Shown one piece after another: positions 48,022 through 61,990 of a stretch of DNA of 64,000 bases. The position numbers and the translations under genes are program-made. Below the pieces are notes generated by a model that did no database searches, was not told the DNA's origin, and saw only the letters and a list, made by a program, of their open reading frames with translations. Within the stretch, counting starts at the first letter, position 1. Each line of letters opens with the position of its first letter. The stretch spans positions 288,001 to 352,000 of the forward strand of contig JAXGPF010000006.1 in NCBI GenBank assembly GCA_040767085.1, written 5' to 3'. Source of the DNA: Kiritimatiellia bacterium (GTDB lineage Bacteria > Verrucomicrobiota > Kiritimatiellia > JAAZAB01).

Positions 48022-49296
48022 ATGAAAATCCTGATTATCGGCGGCGGCGGCCGTGAACATGCCCTGGCCTGGAAACTCGCCCGCGACAGCGCGCGGCCGG
48101 AAATCTTTTGCGCGCCGGGCAATGCCGGCACGGCCGCGCTGGGTGAAAATCTCCCCATCCGGGCCGACGATCTGCCGGCGTTGTCCGCCTGGGCGCGCGG
48201 CGCGCGGCCGGCCCTGACGGTGATCGGCCCGGAAGCCCCGCTCTGCGCCGGCCTGGCGGATTTGTTGCATGCCGCCGGTTTGCGGGTGTTCGGGCCCGTC
48301 CAAAGCGCCGCCCGGCTGGAAGGCAGCAAACTATTTGCCAAGGAAGTCCTCGCCGCCGCCGGTGTACCCACGGCCGCGGCCCGGCCTTTTGACAGCGCGG
48401 CCGAAGCCAGGGCGTATCTCCGCGATGCGCGGCTGCCGCTGGTGGTCAAGGCCGATGGCCTGGCGGCAGGCAAAGGCGTGTTGATCTGCCAAACCGCCGC
48501 CGAAGCCGACGCCGCCGTGGATGCCGCCATGGTGCGCAACGAATTCGGCGCGGCGGGGCGCCGGGTACTGATCGAGGAATGCCTGGCCGGCAATGAAATC
48601 TCCGTCCTCGCGCTGGTGGACGGGCGGCGCGCCCTCCTGCTGCCCCCCGCCCAGGACCACAAGCGCATCGGCGACGGCGACCGCGGCAAGAATACCGGCG
48701 GTATGGGCGCCTACTCACCCGCGCCGTGGGATACCCCGGACTTCCGCGCCATGGTGCTGGACACCATCTTCAACCCCACCCTGCGTGAATTGAGCCGGCG
48801 CGGTATCGAGTACCGGGGCGTGCTGTATGCCGGACTGATGCTGACCCACGCCGGACCGCAGGTCCTGGAATTCAACTGCCGGTTCGGCGACCCGGAAACG
48901 CAGGCAATCCTGCCGCGCCTGCAGTCGGACCTGCTCCCCGCCCTCGCAGCCTGCAGCGCTGGCAGCTTGGACGACAGCCTGCTCGAGGTCAACCCGGCCG
49001 CCTGCGCCTGCGTGGTGCTCGCTGCCGGCGGCTACCCCGACCAATACCGTAAAGGCGACCTCATCACCGGCCTGGAAGCGGCGGCGGCGTTGCCTGACAC
49101 TGTGATTTTTCACGCCGGCGTCAAACTCGACGCCGGCCGTCCGGTCACCGATGGCGGCCGGGTGCTCAGCGTCTCCGCTCTGGGCGCCGACCTGCCGGCG
49201 GCCGTGACGCATGCTTACCGGGCGGCGCAATTGATCAAATTCAACGGCGTCCATATGCGGAAGGATATTGGGGCGCGGGCGCTGAACGCGGGGTAG
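48022..49296 (+). CDS. purD: Phosphoribosylamine-glycine ligase
   Basis: GGGGREHAL, VKADGLAAGKGV, QDHKR, NTGGMGAY and EFNCRFGDPE. Confidence 0.97.
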   Translation: MKILIIGGGGREHALAWKLARDSARPEIFCAPGNAGTAALGENLPIRADDLPALSAWARGARPALTVIGPEAPLCAGLADLLHAAGLRVFGPVQSAARLEGSKLFAKEVLAAAGVPTAAARPFDSAAEARAYLRDARLPLVVKADGLAAGKGVLICQTAAEADAAVDAAMVRNEFGAAGRRVLIEECLAGNEISVLALVDGRRALLLPPAQDHKRIGDGDRGKNTGGMGAYSPAPWDTPDFRAMVLDTIFNPTLRELSRRGIEYRGVLYAGLMLTHAGPQVLEFNCRFGDPETQAILPRLQSDLLPALAACSAGSLDDSLLEVNPAACACVVLAAGGYPDQYRKGDLITGLEAAAALPDTVIFHAGVKLDAGRPVTDGGRVLSVSALGADLPAAVTHAYRAAQLIKFNGVHMRKDIGARALNAG

Positions 49297-49345
49297 CCGG
49301 CGGCATGGGCTGCGCTCTGCGAAGTTTTGTGATAAGGGAGGAAAT

Positions 49346-49867
49346 ATGAAATCCAGGCATAAACCAGCCGTTGCAGTGGTCATGGGCAGCGATTCGGATT
49401 GGCCGGCCATGCAGCCGGCCGTCAAGACACTGGCGGAATTCGGCATCACGTGCGAGGCGCATGTGATGTCCGCCCACCGCACGCCCCGCCGGGCCGCGGA
49501 ATTCGCGGAAAGCGCCGCGCGCCGCGGCTTGCAGGTCATCATCGCCGCCGCCGGCGGCGCCGCCCACCTGGCCGGCGTGCTGGCCGCGCATACCACCCTG
49601 CCGGTGGTCGGCGTGCCGTTGAAAGGCGGCGCCCTGGACGGTTTGGACTCCCTGCTGGCCACCGTGCAGATGCCGGCCGGCGTGCCCGTGGCCACTGTCG
49701 CCCTGGGTTCGGCCGGCCCGGTGAATGCCGCCATCCTGGCCGCGCAGATCCTGGGTTTGTCGCGCCCGGGCGTGGCGGCGGCGTTGCGGCGCCACAAACA
49801 AAAACTGGCTGCCAAAGTGGACCTTGCCGACCGGCGTATCCAAAGCGGAGCGGAGGTGCAGGCATGA
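49346..49867 (+). CDS. purE: N5-carboxyaminoimidazole ribonucleotide mutase
   Basis: MGSDSD, SAHRTP, AGGAAHL and QMPAGVPVATV. Confidence 0.97.
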   Translation: MKSRHKPAVAVVMGSDSDWPAMQPAVKTLAEFGITCEAHVMSAHRTPRRAAEFAESAARRGLQVIIAAAGGAAHLAGVLAAHTTLPVVGVPLKGGALDGLDSLLATVQMPAGVPVATVALGSAGPVNAAILAAQILGLSRPGVAAALRRHKQKLAAKVDLADRRIQSGAEVQA

Positions 49868-51162
49868 GCTGGCTCCCACGAATCATGTTGATCGGCCTGC
49901 TGGCGGCCGGCCTGGCGGCGGAGCCGGACGCGGGCGCGGCGGCGGCACCCGGCGATCCCGACAAAATCGCCGCGGATTTTTCCAGCCTGATCAATCTGCT
50001 GGCCGGGCAGGGCGCGCTTCGGGATGACGGCGAACTGGCCGGACGCTTGCGCCTGGCGGTCTGCCGGGCGATCGATCCCGGGTCTGAAATCCTGGATCAG
50101 GCTGCAGCGGACCGCCGCCGGGAGGAAGAGTCCGGCATCTTCTTCGGCATCGGCGTGCAAATGGAAATCCGCGATCGGCGGCCGCGGGTACTGCAGGCGC
50201 TGCCCGATGGTCCGGCCGCCGCCGCCGGCCTGCCGGCCGGCGCGTTGATTGAAAAAATTGACGGGGCCGACACACTGGACCTGCCGCTGGCCGATGTCGT
50301 CGCTCTTCTACGCGGGCAACGGGATCAGCCCGTGACGTTGGAATACCGTCCGCCGGCCGACGCCAGAGACCCGGACCCGGCCGACGTCAATTCGGCGCCA
50401 GCCGCACCGCCGGAAAGCCGCACCATCCAGTTAACGCGGTCGCTCATACATATGCCGATGACGGGCATGACGGAGGAATGGCCGCTGCAACTGGCCTACA
50501 TGAAGATCAACGGCATTTACGACGGCTCCGGCGCATATGCCGTCCGGCAATTGCAGGATTGGGCCACCCAGGAGGTCGCCGGCGTCATTCTCGACCTGCG
50601 CGGGGCCGACGGCGCCGACCTGCCTTCCGTCGCGGAGATCGGCTCCCTGTTCGCGCAGGAAGGCCAGCCGCTTTTCCGCGTGCAGGCCGGCGGCGGCCGG
50701 GAAGCCGCGGCGTATTCCGCCAGTCAGCCGAAGCCCCTGCCCATACCGGTGATGGCGCTGATAGACGCCGATACACGCGGCGCGGCGGCCTGGCTGGCAG
50801 CCGTGTTGCGGAATTGCCGGGGCGCGATGCTGATCGGCGCGGCCTGCCCGCATGACCTGGCCGTGCGGACGCCAGTTCCGCTCCCGGATGGCCGCGTCCT
50901 GTTTATCGCCACGCAACGAATCGAACTGCTCCCGCCGGCGGACACACCCGCCATGCTCGCGCCGGATGTGCAAATCCCGGCCGGCGCCAGCCTGCCAGCG
51001 CCGCCGGAGACCGAGAAATCCGATAACGACATCTTCGTTAAAATCACCGACCAGGAACGCCAGGAGCGCGCCCTCTCGGAGCGCATCGGCCGGGACGCCG
51101 TCCTGCGCCGCGCAGCGGATATCCTGCTGGGCCTGAAAGCCCTGGGCATCAAGACGGAGTGA
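49864..51162 (+). CDS. Exported PDZ + S41 (CtpA-like) protein lacking the catalytic residues
   Basis: Signal peptide; GIGVQM PDZ; ILDLRG; TRGAAAW where SASASE is expected; D.VL.RA..L tail. Confidence 0.75.
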   Translation: MSWLPRIMLIGLLAAGLAAEPDAGAAAAPGDPDKIAADFSSLINLLAGQGALRDDGELAGRLRLAVCRAIDPGSEILDQAAADRRREEESGIFFGIGVQMEIRDRRPRVLQALPDGPAAAAGLPAGALIEKIDGADTLDLPLADVVALLRGQRDQPVTLEYRPPADARDPDPADVNSAPAAPPESRTIQLTRSLIHMPMTGMTEEWPLQLAYMKINGIYDGSGAYAVRQLQDWATQEVAGVILDLRGADGADLPSVAEIGSLFAQEGQPLFRVQAGGGREAAAYSASQPKPLPIPVMALIDADTRGAAAWLAAVLRNCRGAMLIGAACPHDLAVRTPVPLPDGRVLFIATQRIELLPPADTPAMLAPDVQIPAGASLPAPPETEKSDNDIFVKITDQERQERALSERIGRDAVLRRAADILLGLKALGIKTE

Positions 51163-51172
51163 TTGGCCGGCG

Positions 51173-51260
51173 GTAGCGGCGCAACTGCTTGTCCTGCGTA
51201 GTCTGACAAAGCAGGACGTTGCGCTCCCCATCCGGATGTCCGGCAAAGCCGGACCGCTAC
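51173..51260. repeat. GTAG-type REP/REPIN-like palindromic element between convergent genes
   Basis: GTAGCGG...CCGCTAC termini; inner GCGCAAC/GTTGCGC, GTCCTGC/GCAGGAC and GTCCGGC-AAA-GCCGGAC hairpins. Confidence 0.6.
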
Positions 51261-51303
51261 AGGCGCGCCGGATCGGATCCCGATTCCCATCCTCCGGCAA
51301 CCT

Positions 51304-53568
51304 TCAACCCAATTCTCCGCCCCGCCGCCGCAGCCGCAGCGAATTGAGCACCACGGTGATGGAACTGCCGGCCATGGCGATTTCCGCCAGCACGGGATGC
51401 ATCATTCCCAACATCGCCAGCGGCAGCATGACCAGGTTGTAAATAAACGCCCAGAATAAATTCTGGCGGATGGTGGCGAAAGTCGCGCGGCTCAGTACCA
51501 CGGCCTGCACCACGGCCTCCAGACCGCCCCGGACCAGCACAATGCCGCCGGCTTCGACCGCCACATCCGTGCCGGCGCCAACCGCCAATCCGACCTCGGC
51601 CTGGGCCAGGGCGGGCGCATCGTTGATGCCATCGCCCACCATCGCCACAATTTCGCCTTGCGCCTGCATCTGCCTCACGGCCGCAGCCTTATCCACCGGC
51701 AACAATCTGGCGATGACCCGGTCAATCCCCACCGCCCGGGCCACCGCCTGCGCGGTGCGTTCGTTATCGCCGGTCAACATGACCGGCGTCAGGCCCAGGG
51801 CGCGCAAGGCTGCCACAGCTTCACGTCCGCCCGGCTTGATCGGATCGGACACAGCCAGCACGCCGGCCGCCCGGCCGTCCACCGCCGCCACGACCGCGGT
51901 TTTCGCCTGGCTTTCCAATTCCGCCAGGGCTCCCTCCAGGCCAACCGGCATGGTTACGCCCAATTCTTCCATCCACATGCGGCTGCCGACGGCCACCCGG
52001 CGGCCCGCCACCTGCGCGCGGACGCCGCGTCCCGGCAGGGCCTGAAAATCCGATGCCGGCGCCGGAGTTATCCCGCGCTCCCGCGCCGCGGCGGCAATGG
52101 CCGCGCCAAGCGGATGTTCGGAGTTGACCTCCACGCCGGCCGCCAGCCGCAGCAATTCCGGCCCGTCCCATCCGGCGCCGGGCTGGAGATCGGTGAGGGC
52201 CGGCTTGCCGGCCGTAATCGTGCCGGTTTTGTCTATCGCTATCACAGTCGCATTCCGCATGAGCTGGATGGCGGCGCCCTGGCGGATCAGGATGCCCCGC
52301 TCGGCGCCGAGGCCGGAGCCGACCATCAGCGCCGTGGGCGTCGCCAGACCCAGCGCGCAGGGACAGGCCGCCACCAGCACCGCGATTGCCGCGTAAAGCG
52401 CCAGCGCGGCCGGACCCAACTGCGGATTGACCCACGGCAAAAATCGCGCCGTCCGGGCGGCCAGGCCCGCAAAGCTGTCCGGCCACAGCAGCCAGGCCGC
52501 CAATGTCAGCCCGGCCAGCACCATCACCGCCGGCACGAAAATCGCCGTCACCCGGTCGGCCAGCGCCTGCACCGGCACCTTGGACATCTGGGCTTCCTCC
52601 ACCAGCCGGATAACCTGGCTTAAGAAGGTCTCCGCTCCCACCTTTTCGGCGCGGACGCGCAGGACGCCATGCTGGTTGATGGTGCCGCCGATCACCGGGT
52701 CACCCGGCGCCTTGCGCACCGGCATGGGTTCGCCGGTGGCCAGCGATTCATCCACGCTGCTCAGTCCGTCCGCCACCGCGCCATCCGCCGGGATTTTCTC
52801 GCCCGGCCGGATGATCATGATATCGCCCTTCCGCAGTTCGGCGATGGGTATGCGCTGCTCTGCGCCTCCCCGCTCCACGCAGGCTTCTCTCGCCGCCTGC
52901 TCCGCCAGCCGGCGGATGGCCTGGGAAGCGCGGCCGCGCGCCCGCGCCTCCAGGTACCGGCCGGTAAGATGAAAAGCCATGATCATGCCGGCCGCGCCGG
53001 CAAATCCATGCAACGCCGGGCCGCGTCCATAATGGTACGGCAGCGCCAGCCAGCCCGAACTCCAGGCTGCCAGTGTTCCCAGCGCGATCAGGGCATCCAT
53101 ATTCGGCGCGCCGCGCCGGATGGTGCGCCAGGCGCCGCGCAAGGTTTCCCATCCCGGAACGAAAACCGCCAGCCCCGCCAGCGCCAGCATGCCCCAGGCA
53201 TGCGGCAAATGACCCAGCAGCGGCCGGGCCAGCAGCATGTCCGCCAGCATCCAAAACATCAAGGGCAGCGTGAACAGCCAGGCCAGCCGCATGCGGCAGC
53301 GGGCAGCGTCCAGCCGGCGGCGGTCGTCCGCCGCCGCATCGGCCGGGGCCGCCGCCGGAGCGGCGGCGTATCCCAGGCGCGCCACGGCCGCCGCCAGCAC
53401 TGGCAGGCCGGCCTGGCCGGCGGCGTGCTCCACCCGCGCGGAGCCCAGCGTCAAATTAACCGCGGCGGACCGCACGCCGGGCACTTGCATCAGGGCTTTT
53501 TTAACAGCCGCGGCGCACCCGGCGCAGTGCATCCCGCCAATCCGCAAGTTTGTAATCTGTGTCCGCAT
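51304..53568 (-). CDS. copA: Cu(I)-type heavy-metal translocating P1B ATPase
   Basis: [44 protein letters not shown] and MAGSS. Confidence 0.9.
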   Translation of the reverse strand: MRTQITNLRIGGMHCAGCAAAVKKALMQVPGVRSAAVNLTLGSARVEHAAGQAGLPVLAAAVARLGYAAAPAAAPADAAADDRRRLDAARCRMRLAWLFTLPLMFWMLADMLLARPLLGHLPHAWGMLALAGLAVFVPGWETLRGAWRTIRRGAPNMDALIALGTLAAWSSGWLALPYHYGRGPALHGFAGAAGMIMAFHLTGRYLEARARGRASQAIRRLAEQAAREACVERGGAEQRIPIAELRKGDIMIIRPGEKIPADGAVADGLSSVDESLATGEPMPVRKAPGDPVIGGTINQHGVLRVRAEKVGAETFLSQVIRLVEEAQMSKVPVQALADRVTAIFVPAVMVLAGLTLAAWLLWPDSFAGLAARTARFLPWVNPQLGPAALALYAAIAVLVAACPCALGLATPTALMVGSGLGAERGILIRQGAAIQLMRNATVIAIDKTGTITAGKPALTDLQPGAGWDGPELLRLAAGVEVNSEHPLGAAIAAAARERGITPAPASDFQALPGRGVRAQVAGRRVAVGSRMWMEELGVTMPVGLEGALAELESQAKTAVVAAVDGRAAGVLAVSDPIKPGGREAVAALRALGLTPVMLTGDNERTAQAVARAVGIDRVIARLLPVDKAAAVRQMQAQGEIVAMVGDGINDAPALAQAEVGLAVGAGTDVAVEAGGIVLVRGGLEAVVQAVVLSRATFATIRQNLFWAFIYNLVMLPLAMLGMMHPVLAEIAMAGSSITVVLNSLRLRRRGGELG

Positions 53569-53662
53569 GGCGGCATCATAAACCGCGTCTACGGCGACAG
53601 TCAATCCGGAAAGACAGCCGGTGACAGCTCCGGTCCGGCCAGCCGGCGAATCGGGCTTGGTC

Positions 53663-53690
53663 TTGAATATCCTGCTGGATATGCTATGTT
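53663..53690 (+). promoter_or_regulatory. Candidate sigma70-type promoter for the Gfo/Idh/MocA gene
   Basis: TTGAAT, 16 bp spacer ending TGc, TATGTT. Confidence 0.45.
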
Positions 53691-53729
53691 GCCGGCATTT
53701 TCACCATGCGGATCAATCATGGAGCACAT

Positions 53730-54743
53730 ATGATCAAGGCGGCGTTTATCGGCGTGGGCGGTATTTCGGCAGCGCATTTGCGCTGCCTGCAGGGGCGGAA
53801 AGATGTAAAAATCGCCGGCCTGGCCGACCCGAACCGCGCCAATGCGGAAAAGCGGCAGGCGGAATTCGGCGGCGATATTTTCACCGATTACCAGACCATG
53901 CTCGAGCGGATTAAGCCCGATGCCGTGTGGTTGTGCACGCCCTCCACCGTGCGCCGGGAACCGCTGCTGGAATGCGCGCGGCGGCGCATTCCGGTGTTTT
54001 GCGAAAAGCCGGTGGAACGCCGGGTGCCCGTCGGAGCGGCCATCGCCGCTGAACTGGCGCGGCTGAAGGCGCGCGTCCAGGTGGGGTACGTATTCCGCTG
54101 CATCCCGCTGGTGGATGAACTGCGCCGGCGGATGCGCGGCGACCGCATTCACCTGGTCCAGTCATTCTACTGCTGCGGCATCAGCCTGGCCATGAGCATG
54201 CCGAAGTGGTTTTACAACAAGCGGCTTTCCGGGGGCGCGCTGGCGGACCAGGCGACGCACAATTTCGATCTGCTGCGCCACCTTTTCGGCGAAGTCCGGC
54301 AAGTCCGGGGCATGCGGCACAATCCCGTCCATCCGCGGCGCGGGGATTATACCGTCGAGGAAACCCTGGGCGCGTTGCTGATGTTTGACAACGGCCTGAT
54401 CGCCGCGCATGTGCATACCTGGGTCGGCGACAGCTGGCGCAATGAAATCGTGCTGAGCGGCGAAAAACGGGTCTACCGCCTGCAACCGTCCCGGGGAACG
54501 CTGGTGGTCGAGGACCAGCAGACCCGGTCGGCCAACGACCCCCCCGTGGCAGGCAAATCCGGCGCCGCCAAACCCGCGCCTTTCCGCTACGATCAACCGG
54601 CGGGCTCAATTTACGGCTACGAGAATCAAATATTTCTCAAGCAGGTGCAATCGGGCGACTGGAACCGCAATCCCTGCTCTTACGCCGACGGCTTGAAGAC
54701 GCTGGAATTGACCGCCGCCTGCGACCGGGCCATTTCCCGGTAA
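53730..54743 (+). CDS. Gfo/Idh/MocA family oxidoreductase
   Basis: IGVGGIS, CEKP and GGALADQATHNFD. Confidence 0.9.
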   Translation: MIKAAFIGVGGISAAHLRCLQGRKDVKIAGLADPNRANAEKRQAEFGGDIFTDYQTMLERIKPDAVWLCTPSTVRREPLLECARRRIPVFCEKPVERRVPVGAAIAAELARLKARVQVGYVFRCIPLVDELRRRMRGDRIHLVQSFYCCGISLAMSMPKWFYNKRLSGGALADQATHNFDLLRHLFGEVRQVRGMRHNPVHPRRGDYTVEETLGALLMFDNGLIAAHVHTWVGDSWRNEIVLSGEKRVYRLQPSRGTLVVEDQQTRSANDPPVAGKSGAAKPAPFRYDQPAGSIYGYENQIFLKQVQSGDWNRNPCSYADGLKTLELTAACDRAISR

Positions 54744-54767
54744 CATTCCCGCCGCGGTCGGCGGAGG

Positions 54768-56846
<2,079 letters not shown>

Positions 56847-56880
56847 ATCGTCCGCCTCTTGTTTCCCTTTCCCGGAAAAA

Positions 56881-56906
56881 CGGGGTAATATGCACGGATT
56901 ACCCCG
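56881..56906. promoter_or_regulatory. Perfect 9-bp inverted repeat in the divergent fusA/eno promoter region
   Basis: CGGGGTAAT-N8-ATTACCCCG. Confidence 0.45.
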
Positions 56907-56947
56907 CGACTGCAAGCAAAATCCCGCAAATTCCCGCATAAAATTGA

Positions 56948-58327
<1,380 letters not shown>

Positions 58328-58401
58328 GCCGTCATCTCTGGTTGGCGCCGGGACCTTTGCCGAACGGGCCAAGCAGCTTTTCACGGCCGGATTAAGCGCC
58401 C

Positions 58402-58719
58402 ATGAATGTCTGGCTGACAGTCTATCGCACGGCAACGGCTGTGTTTCTGGGCTTGGTTGTCATCGGGCTGGTCAGCCTGTTTCTGCCGAAAATCCGCGAA
58501 ATCCGCGCCCTCCAGGGCGTGGTCACGCGCATGACGGAGGAGAAGCTCGCGGTCGAGGAAAGCAAGCAGATGTACATCTGGCAGCGGGAGCGTTTCGCTA
58601 CCGACCCGAGTTTTGTCGAGCGGATAGCGCGCGAGGAATTGGGCAAGGCCAAGCCGGGCGAAATTATCTTCCGCTTTTCCGAAACCAATGCCAGGGAGTC
58701 AAGCGCGCCGACCCCATGA
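58402..58719 (+). CDS. ftsB: Septum formation initiator, FtsB/DivIC family
   Basis: TM plus coiled coil and DPSFVERIAREELG.KPGEIIF; lies downstream of eno. Confidence 0.8.
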   Translation: MNVWLTVYRTATAVFLGLVVIGLVSLFLPKIREIRALQGVVTRMTEEKLAVEESKQMYIWQRERFATDPSFVERIAREELGKAKPGEIIFRFSETNARESSAPTP

Positions 58720-58859
58720 AGACCGGCATGAAAGCGCCTGAGCGCATCGTCACCGGACCGGTCGAACAACTGCCGATTTCCCGAGGTATGCTTTGTCCGC
58801 GACTGCCGGCAGGGCGGGCAGGCCCGGACCGCGCCGTCTGACCGCCGCCGGCAGGCCCG

Positions 58860-60701
58860 TCAGATCCGGCTCAGCGCCGTCAGGTGCGCCTTGTGGTAAT
58901 GCTCGGCTAATTGCTTCCAATCGAACTGCTCGGCCAGTTCCTGGGCGTGAAATCGCATGGTAATGCGTTCGCGCAGGTCCATCCCGGCGAAGACCTGCAT
59001 GATTTCCGTCAACTCTTCGGCGGACTGGCTGTAGTCCACATTGCGGCGGTGCACGACGTACAGCCCTTTTTTAACGCAATCGGGTGTCTGGCTGAGGATG
59101 TAGCTCCCGAATCCCGAGAGATCGGAAGCCACGGCCGGGATGCCGCGCGCCAGGCATTCCAGGGGCGTATAGCCCCACGGCTCGTAATAACTGGGAAACA
59201 GACCCAGGTGGCAGCCGCGCACGAACTGGTCGTAATCCAGGCCGAACAGCGGGTTGCTGGCGGTGACAAAATCCGGGTGGTACACCACTTTCACCGGGTC
59301 CTCCGCCCGGTTGATCAGATTGGTGGCGCGCAGCTGGTTCAACACCTCGTCGTGCTCGTTGTCCAGCATATCATGCGTCACCACGTACGGCAGGCGGGCG
59401 GTGCGCCAGGACTGCATGTTGCGCCGCAGCCGCAGCCGCCAGTACTCATCCACCAGGTTGTTCAAGTCGGGCATCTGGCCGGCGGCGACGGATTTAAACA
59501 GGCGTTCGCCCAGCTGGTCCTTCAGCGCCATGCAGGTGTTGTGCAATTCCTCCAGCATGACCTTGCTGTTGAGGACTTCAGCGTTCAGCGTGCGGTAAGG
59601 CCGGCGCGTAATGATAAAGAGCACAACCGTAAGGCCCTGGTTGGTCATTTTCAGCCGGTGATTCAGGCGCGCCAGGGCCTCGATTGTCAGGTCGAACCCC
59701 TTGTTGCGGTATTCGTAACGCCCGGAGGTAAAGCAATAAAGCGTACGGTTGAGGTTGAAATGGTAGCTCGGGAAGAAATGCCCCATAACAAACTTGTGGA
59801 TTTTTTCCTTGTAAACTTTGTGCAGATTTTCCGATTCATGCCGGGCGATAAACCGCTCGATGTTCAAGCCGTTGGGCAGCACGGCGTCCACCTGCCGCCC
59901 CAACATATGCTCGCATTCCTGGGCGGTGACGGAGCTGACCGTGGTGAAAACATGGGCGCCATGCGCCGCGGCGCGCTCCAGCAACACCCGCGATTCGATA
60001 TTGAACCGCCGGGCGTCCGCCTGCCAGTTGATGTGGGGCAAATGATCGTAAAACCATTTGTCGCCCGTCGCCAGGTAGCGGCCCAGCAGCGTGGCATGCG
60101 TGGTGAACACCGTCGCCGCCGGCAGCTTCAGCCGGCGGATTTCCGGGATGGCGGCGGCGCCCATCCACTCGTGGAAATGCGCCACCACCGGCGGCAAGGG
60201 CGGGCGCTGCTCGGCTAACAGGCGCAGAAATTCGCACACCAGGAAGCCAAACGCCAGCACGCCTTCAACCTCGCTGTCTTGCGCAGGCGAGCTGATCTTG
60301 TGGTGTTCCCACATGTAATACTTGATTTCCGCGATGCGGCCGCGCAAGCAGGCCGTATCCAGCAGAATCACCTGCGGCCGGCCGGTCACCAGCCAGCGGC
60401 CGTAATACGCGGTGAAGCCCAGCGCCTGGAAGGCCTTGACGGCCGGGCCCAGAGGCGCGGCGGGATACGCGGCTTCGAATTCCACCGCGGCGGTGGCGGG
60501 ATTGTAGGGGCCGATCAGGCAATATTGGTTCCCCCAGCGCTCGACCATGGTCGGCGCCTTGGAACGGATCACGGTGTAAATGCCGCCCAGTTGCTGGCAA
60601 ACCTCCCAGGCGATCTCCAGGAGCAGGGCGTGCGGACGCCGCGCCGCGGCGCCCGCTGTTTTAACCGGACCCGAGCTTGTTTCCTTTTTTGCAGCGGACA
60701 T
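58860..60701 (-). CDS. Glycogen synthase, GT3 family
   Basis: EIAWEVC..LGGIYTV, HFHEWM, FTTHATLLGR, SGRYEYRNKG, RGCHLGLFPSYYEPWGYTPLE and SDLSGFG. Confidence 0.92.
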   Translation of the reverse strand: MSAAKKETSSGPVKTAGAAARRPHALLLEIAWEVCQQLGGIYTVIRSKAPTMVERWGNQYCLIGPYNPATAAVEFEAAYPAAPLGPAVKAFQALGFTAYYGRWLVTGRPQVILLDTACLRGRIAEIKYYMWEHHKISSPAQDSEVEGVLAFGFLVCEFLRLLAEQRPPLPPVVAHFHEWMGAAAIPEIRRLKLPAATVFTTHATLLGRYLATGDKWFYDHLPHINWQADARRFNIESRVLLERAAAHGAHVFTTVSSVTAQECEHMLGRQVDAVLPNGLNIERFIARHESENLHKVYKEKIHKFVMGHFFPSYHFNLNRTLYCFTSGRYEYRNKGFDLTIEALARLNHRLKMTNQGLTVVLFIITRRPYRTLNAEVLNSKVMLEELHNTCMALKDQLGERLFKSVAAGQMPDLNNLVDEYWRLRLRRNMQSWRTARLPYVVTHDMLDNEHDEVLNQLRATNLINRAEDPVKVVYHPDFVTASNPLFGLDYDQFVRGCHLGLFPSYYEPWGYTPLECLARGIPAVASDLSGFGSYILSQTPDCVKKGLYVVHRRNVDYSQSAEELTEIMQVFAGMDLRERITMRFHAQELAEQFDWKQLAEHYHKAHLTALSRI

Positions 60702-60759
60702 GCACACACCTCGTCCCGGGGGTTGCTTGCGGTAAACATGCCAATCAGCTACTTGTAGC

Positions 60760-60787
60760 AATTTAACCTGAATCGGCGTTTTGTCAA
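60760..60787 (-). promoter_or_regulatory. Sigma70-type promoter for the GT3 glycogen synthase
   Basis: Minus strand TTGACA, 16 bp spacer, TAAATT. Confidence 0.55.
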
Positions 60788-60865
60788 TCACGGAGAATGC
60801 AATGTTACGGAATTTGGTTTTCCGGTTGGATTTGGCCGGCGGGTTGCATATAATGATTTTTCGAT

Positions 60866-61990
60866 ATGCATTGGAAAAAACATTTGTACTGGATCGTCCC
60901 GTTGCTGCTGCTGGATACGGCCTGCCTGACCGTTTATCTGCGCTGGGTGCAAACCCGTCCGGCGCCGGCGCCAGTCGCCGGCGAGATGGAACTGGAAACG
61001 CAACCGCCGCCCGCGCCGGTCTCCCAACTGCGCGCGCTGGCATTTCCCATACGCCGGGCCGGGCCGCTGGAGCCCGGGGCGCTTGATCCCGAAACGCCCG
61101 GCATTTTCCAGCCTACGGCTTCCGGCCGGCCGGAATCCGCGCTCTACGGTTCCACCCGCACCGGCCGGCGGGGCAAATACCTCCGCGCTACTTTCCATGA
61201 GGGCGTTGACCTGGCGGCCGGCCGGCGCGATCGACGGGGCCGCCCCCTGGATGAAATCATCGCCATCGCGGACGGTCAGACAGCTTACATCAACCGGATT
61301 GCCGGCAATTCTAATTATGGCAAATACGTGGTATTGAAGCATGCCGACCCGCTCGGGGAAATTTACAGCCTGTACGCCCACTTAGCCGAAATTCCGTCCG
61401 GCGTGCGCGCCGGCCGGCCGGTCAAGGCCGGCCAGACCATCGGCCGCATGGGCCATACCTCTTCGTCTCCCATTCCCATGCCGCTGGCCCACCTGCACCT
61501 GGAGATCGGGCTGATTTTGAACAGCCGCTTCCGCGCCTGGTACCGCGGGCAAAAATTGATTCCCGACCATGGCAATTTCCACGGCTGGAACCTGCTGGGC
61601 ATTGATCCCCTCCGGGTGTTTGCTGCGCAGCGTCAAACACCGGATTTCAACCTGCAGTGCCACCTCGCGAAAATCACGCCCGCCTTCGAAGCCGTAATGC
61701 GGACGGCGGCTTTGCCGGATTATTTCCAGCGCTATGCGGGGCTGTGGCACGGCGCGGCGTTTGCGCCGCCGGCATTCACGATAGTCTGCTCGGAAAACGG
61801 TGTGCCACTGGCCGGCCGCAATGCCGATGCCGGCGAACTGGCGGCGCTCGGCGGCCGGACCGGCATGGTGCAAAATGTCAACCTGGCGGCGCTGGGCCGG
61901 AACGGCGCCCGCCTGATTTACCAGACTGACGGCCGCTGGGAACTGAGCCAGGCCGGCGAGAAATGGCGGGCCATGCTGCTGCACCGCTGA
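60866..61990 (+). CDS. M23 family metallopeptidase, membrane-anchored
   Basis: N-terminal TM; FHEGVD, YG.YV...H, SLYAHL and AHLHLE; TTGGAT-17-TATAAT promoter at 60826-60854. Confidence 0.88.
   Translation: MHWKKHLYWIVPLLLLDTACLTVYLRWVQTRPAPAPVAGEMELETQPPPAPVSQLRALAFPIRRAGPLEPGALDPETPGIFQPTASGRPESALYGSTRTGRRGKYLRATFHEGVDLAAGRRDRRGRPLDEIIAIADGQTAYINRIAGNSNYGKYVVLKHADPLGEIYSLYAHLAEIPSGVRAGRPVKAGQTIGRMGHTSSSPIPMPLAHLHLEIGLILNSRFRAWYRGQKLIPDHGNFHGWNLLGIDPLRVFAAQRQTPDFNLQCHLAKITPAFEAVMRTAALPDYFQRYAGLWHGAAFAPPAFTIVCSENGVPLAGRNADAGELAALGGRTGMVQNVNLAALGRNGARLIYQTDGRWELSQAGEKWRAMLLHR

Noticed and set aside
49399-49863. N-terminal extension of the S41-like ORF overlapping purE, and similar extensions on rplU, fusA and GT3
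   Set aside because: These are ORF-caller extensions; better-supported downstream starts exist (signal peptide, RBS or family N-terminus).
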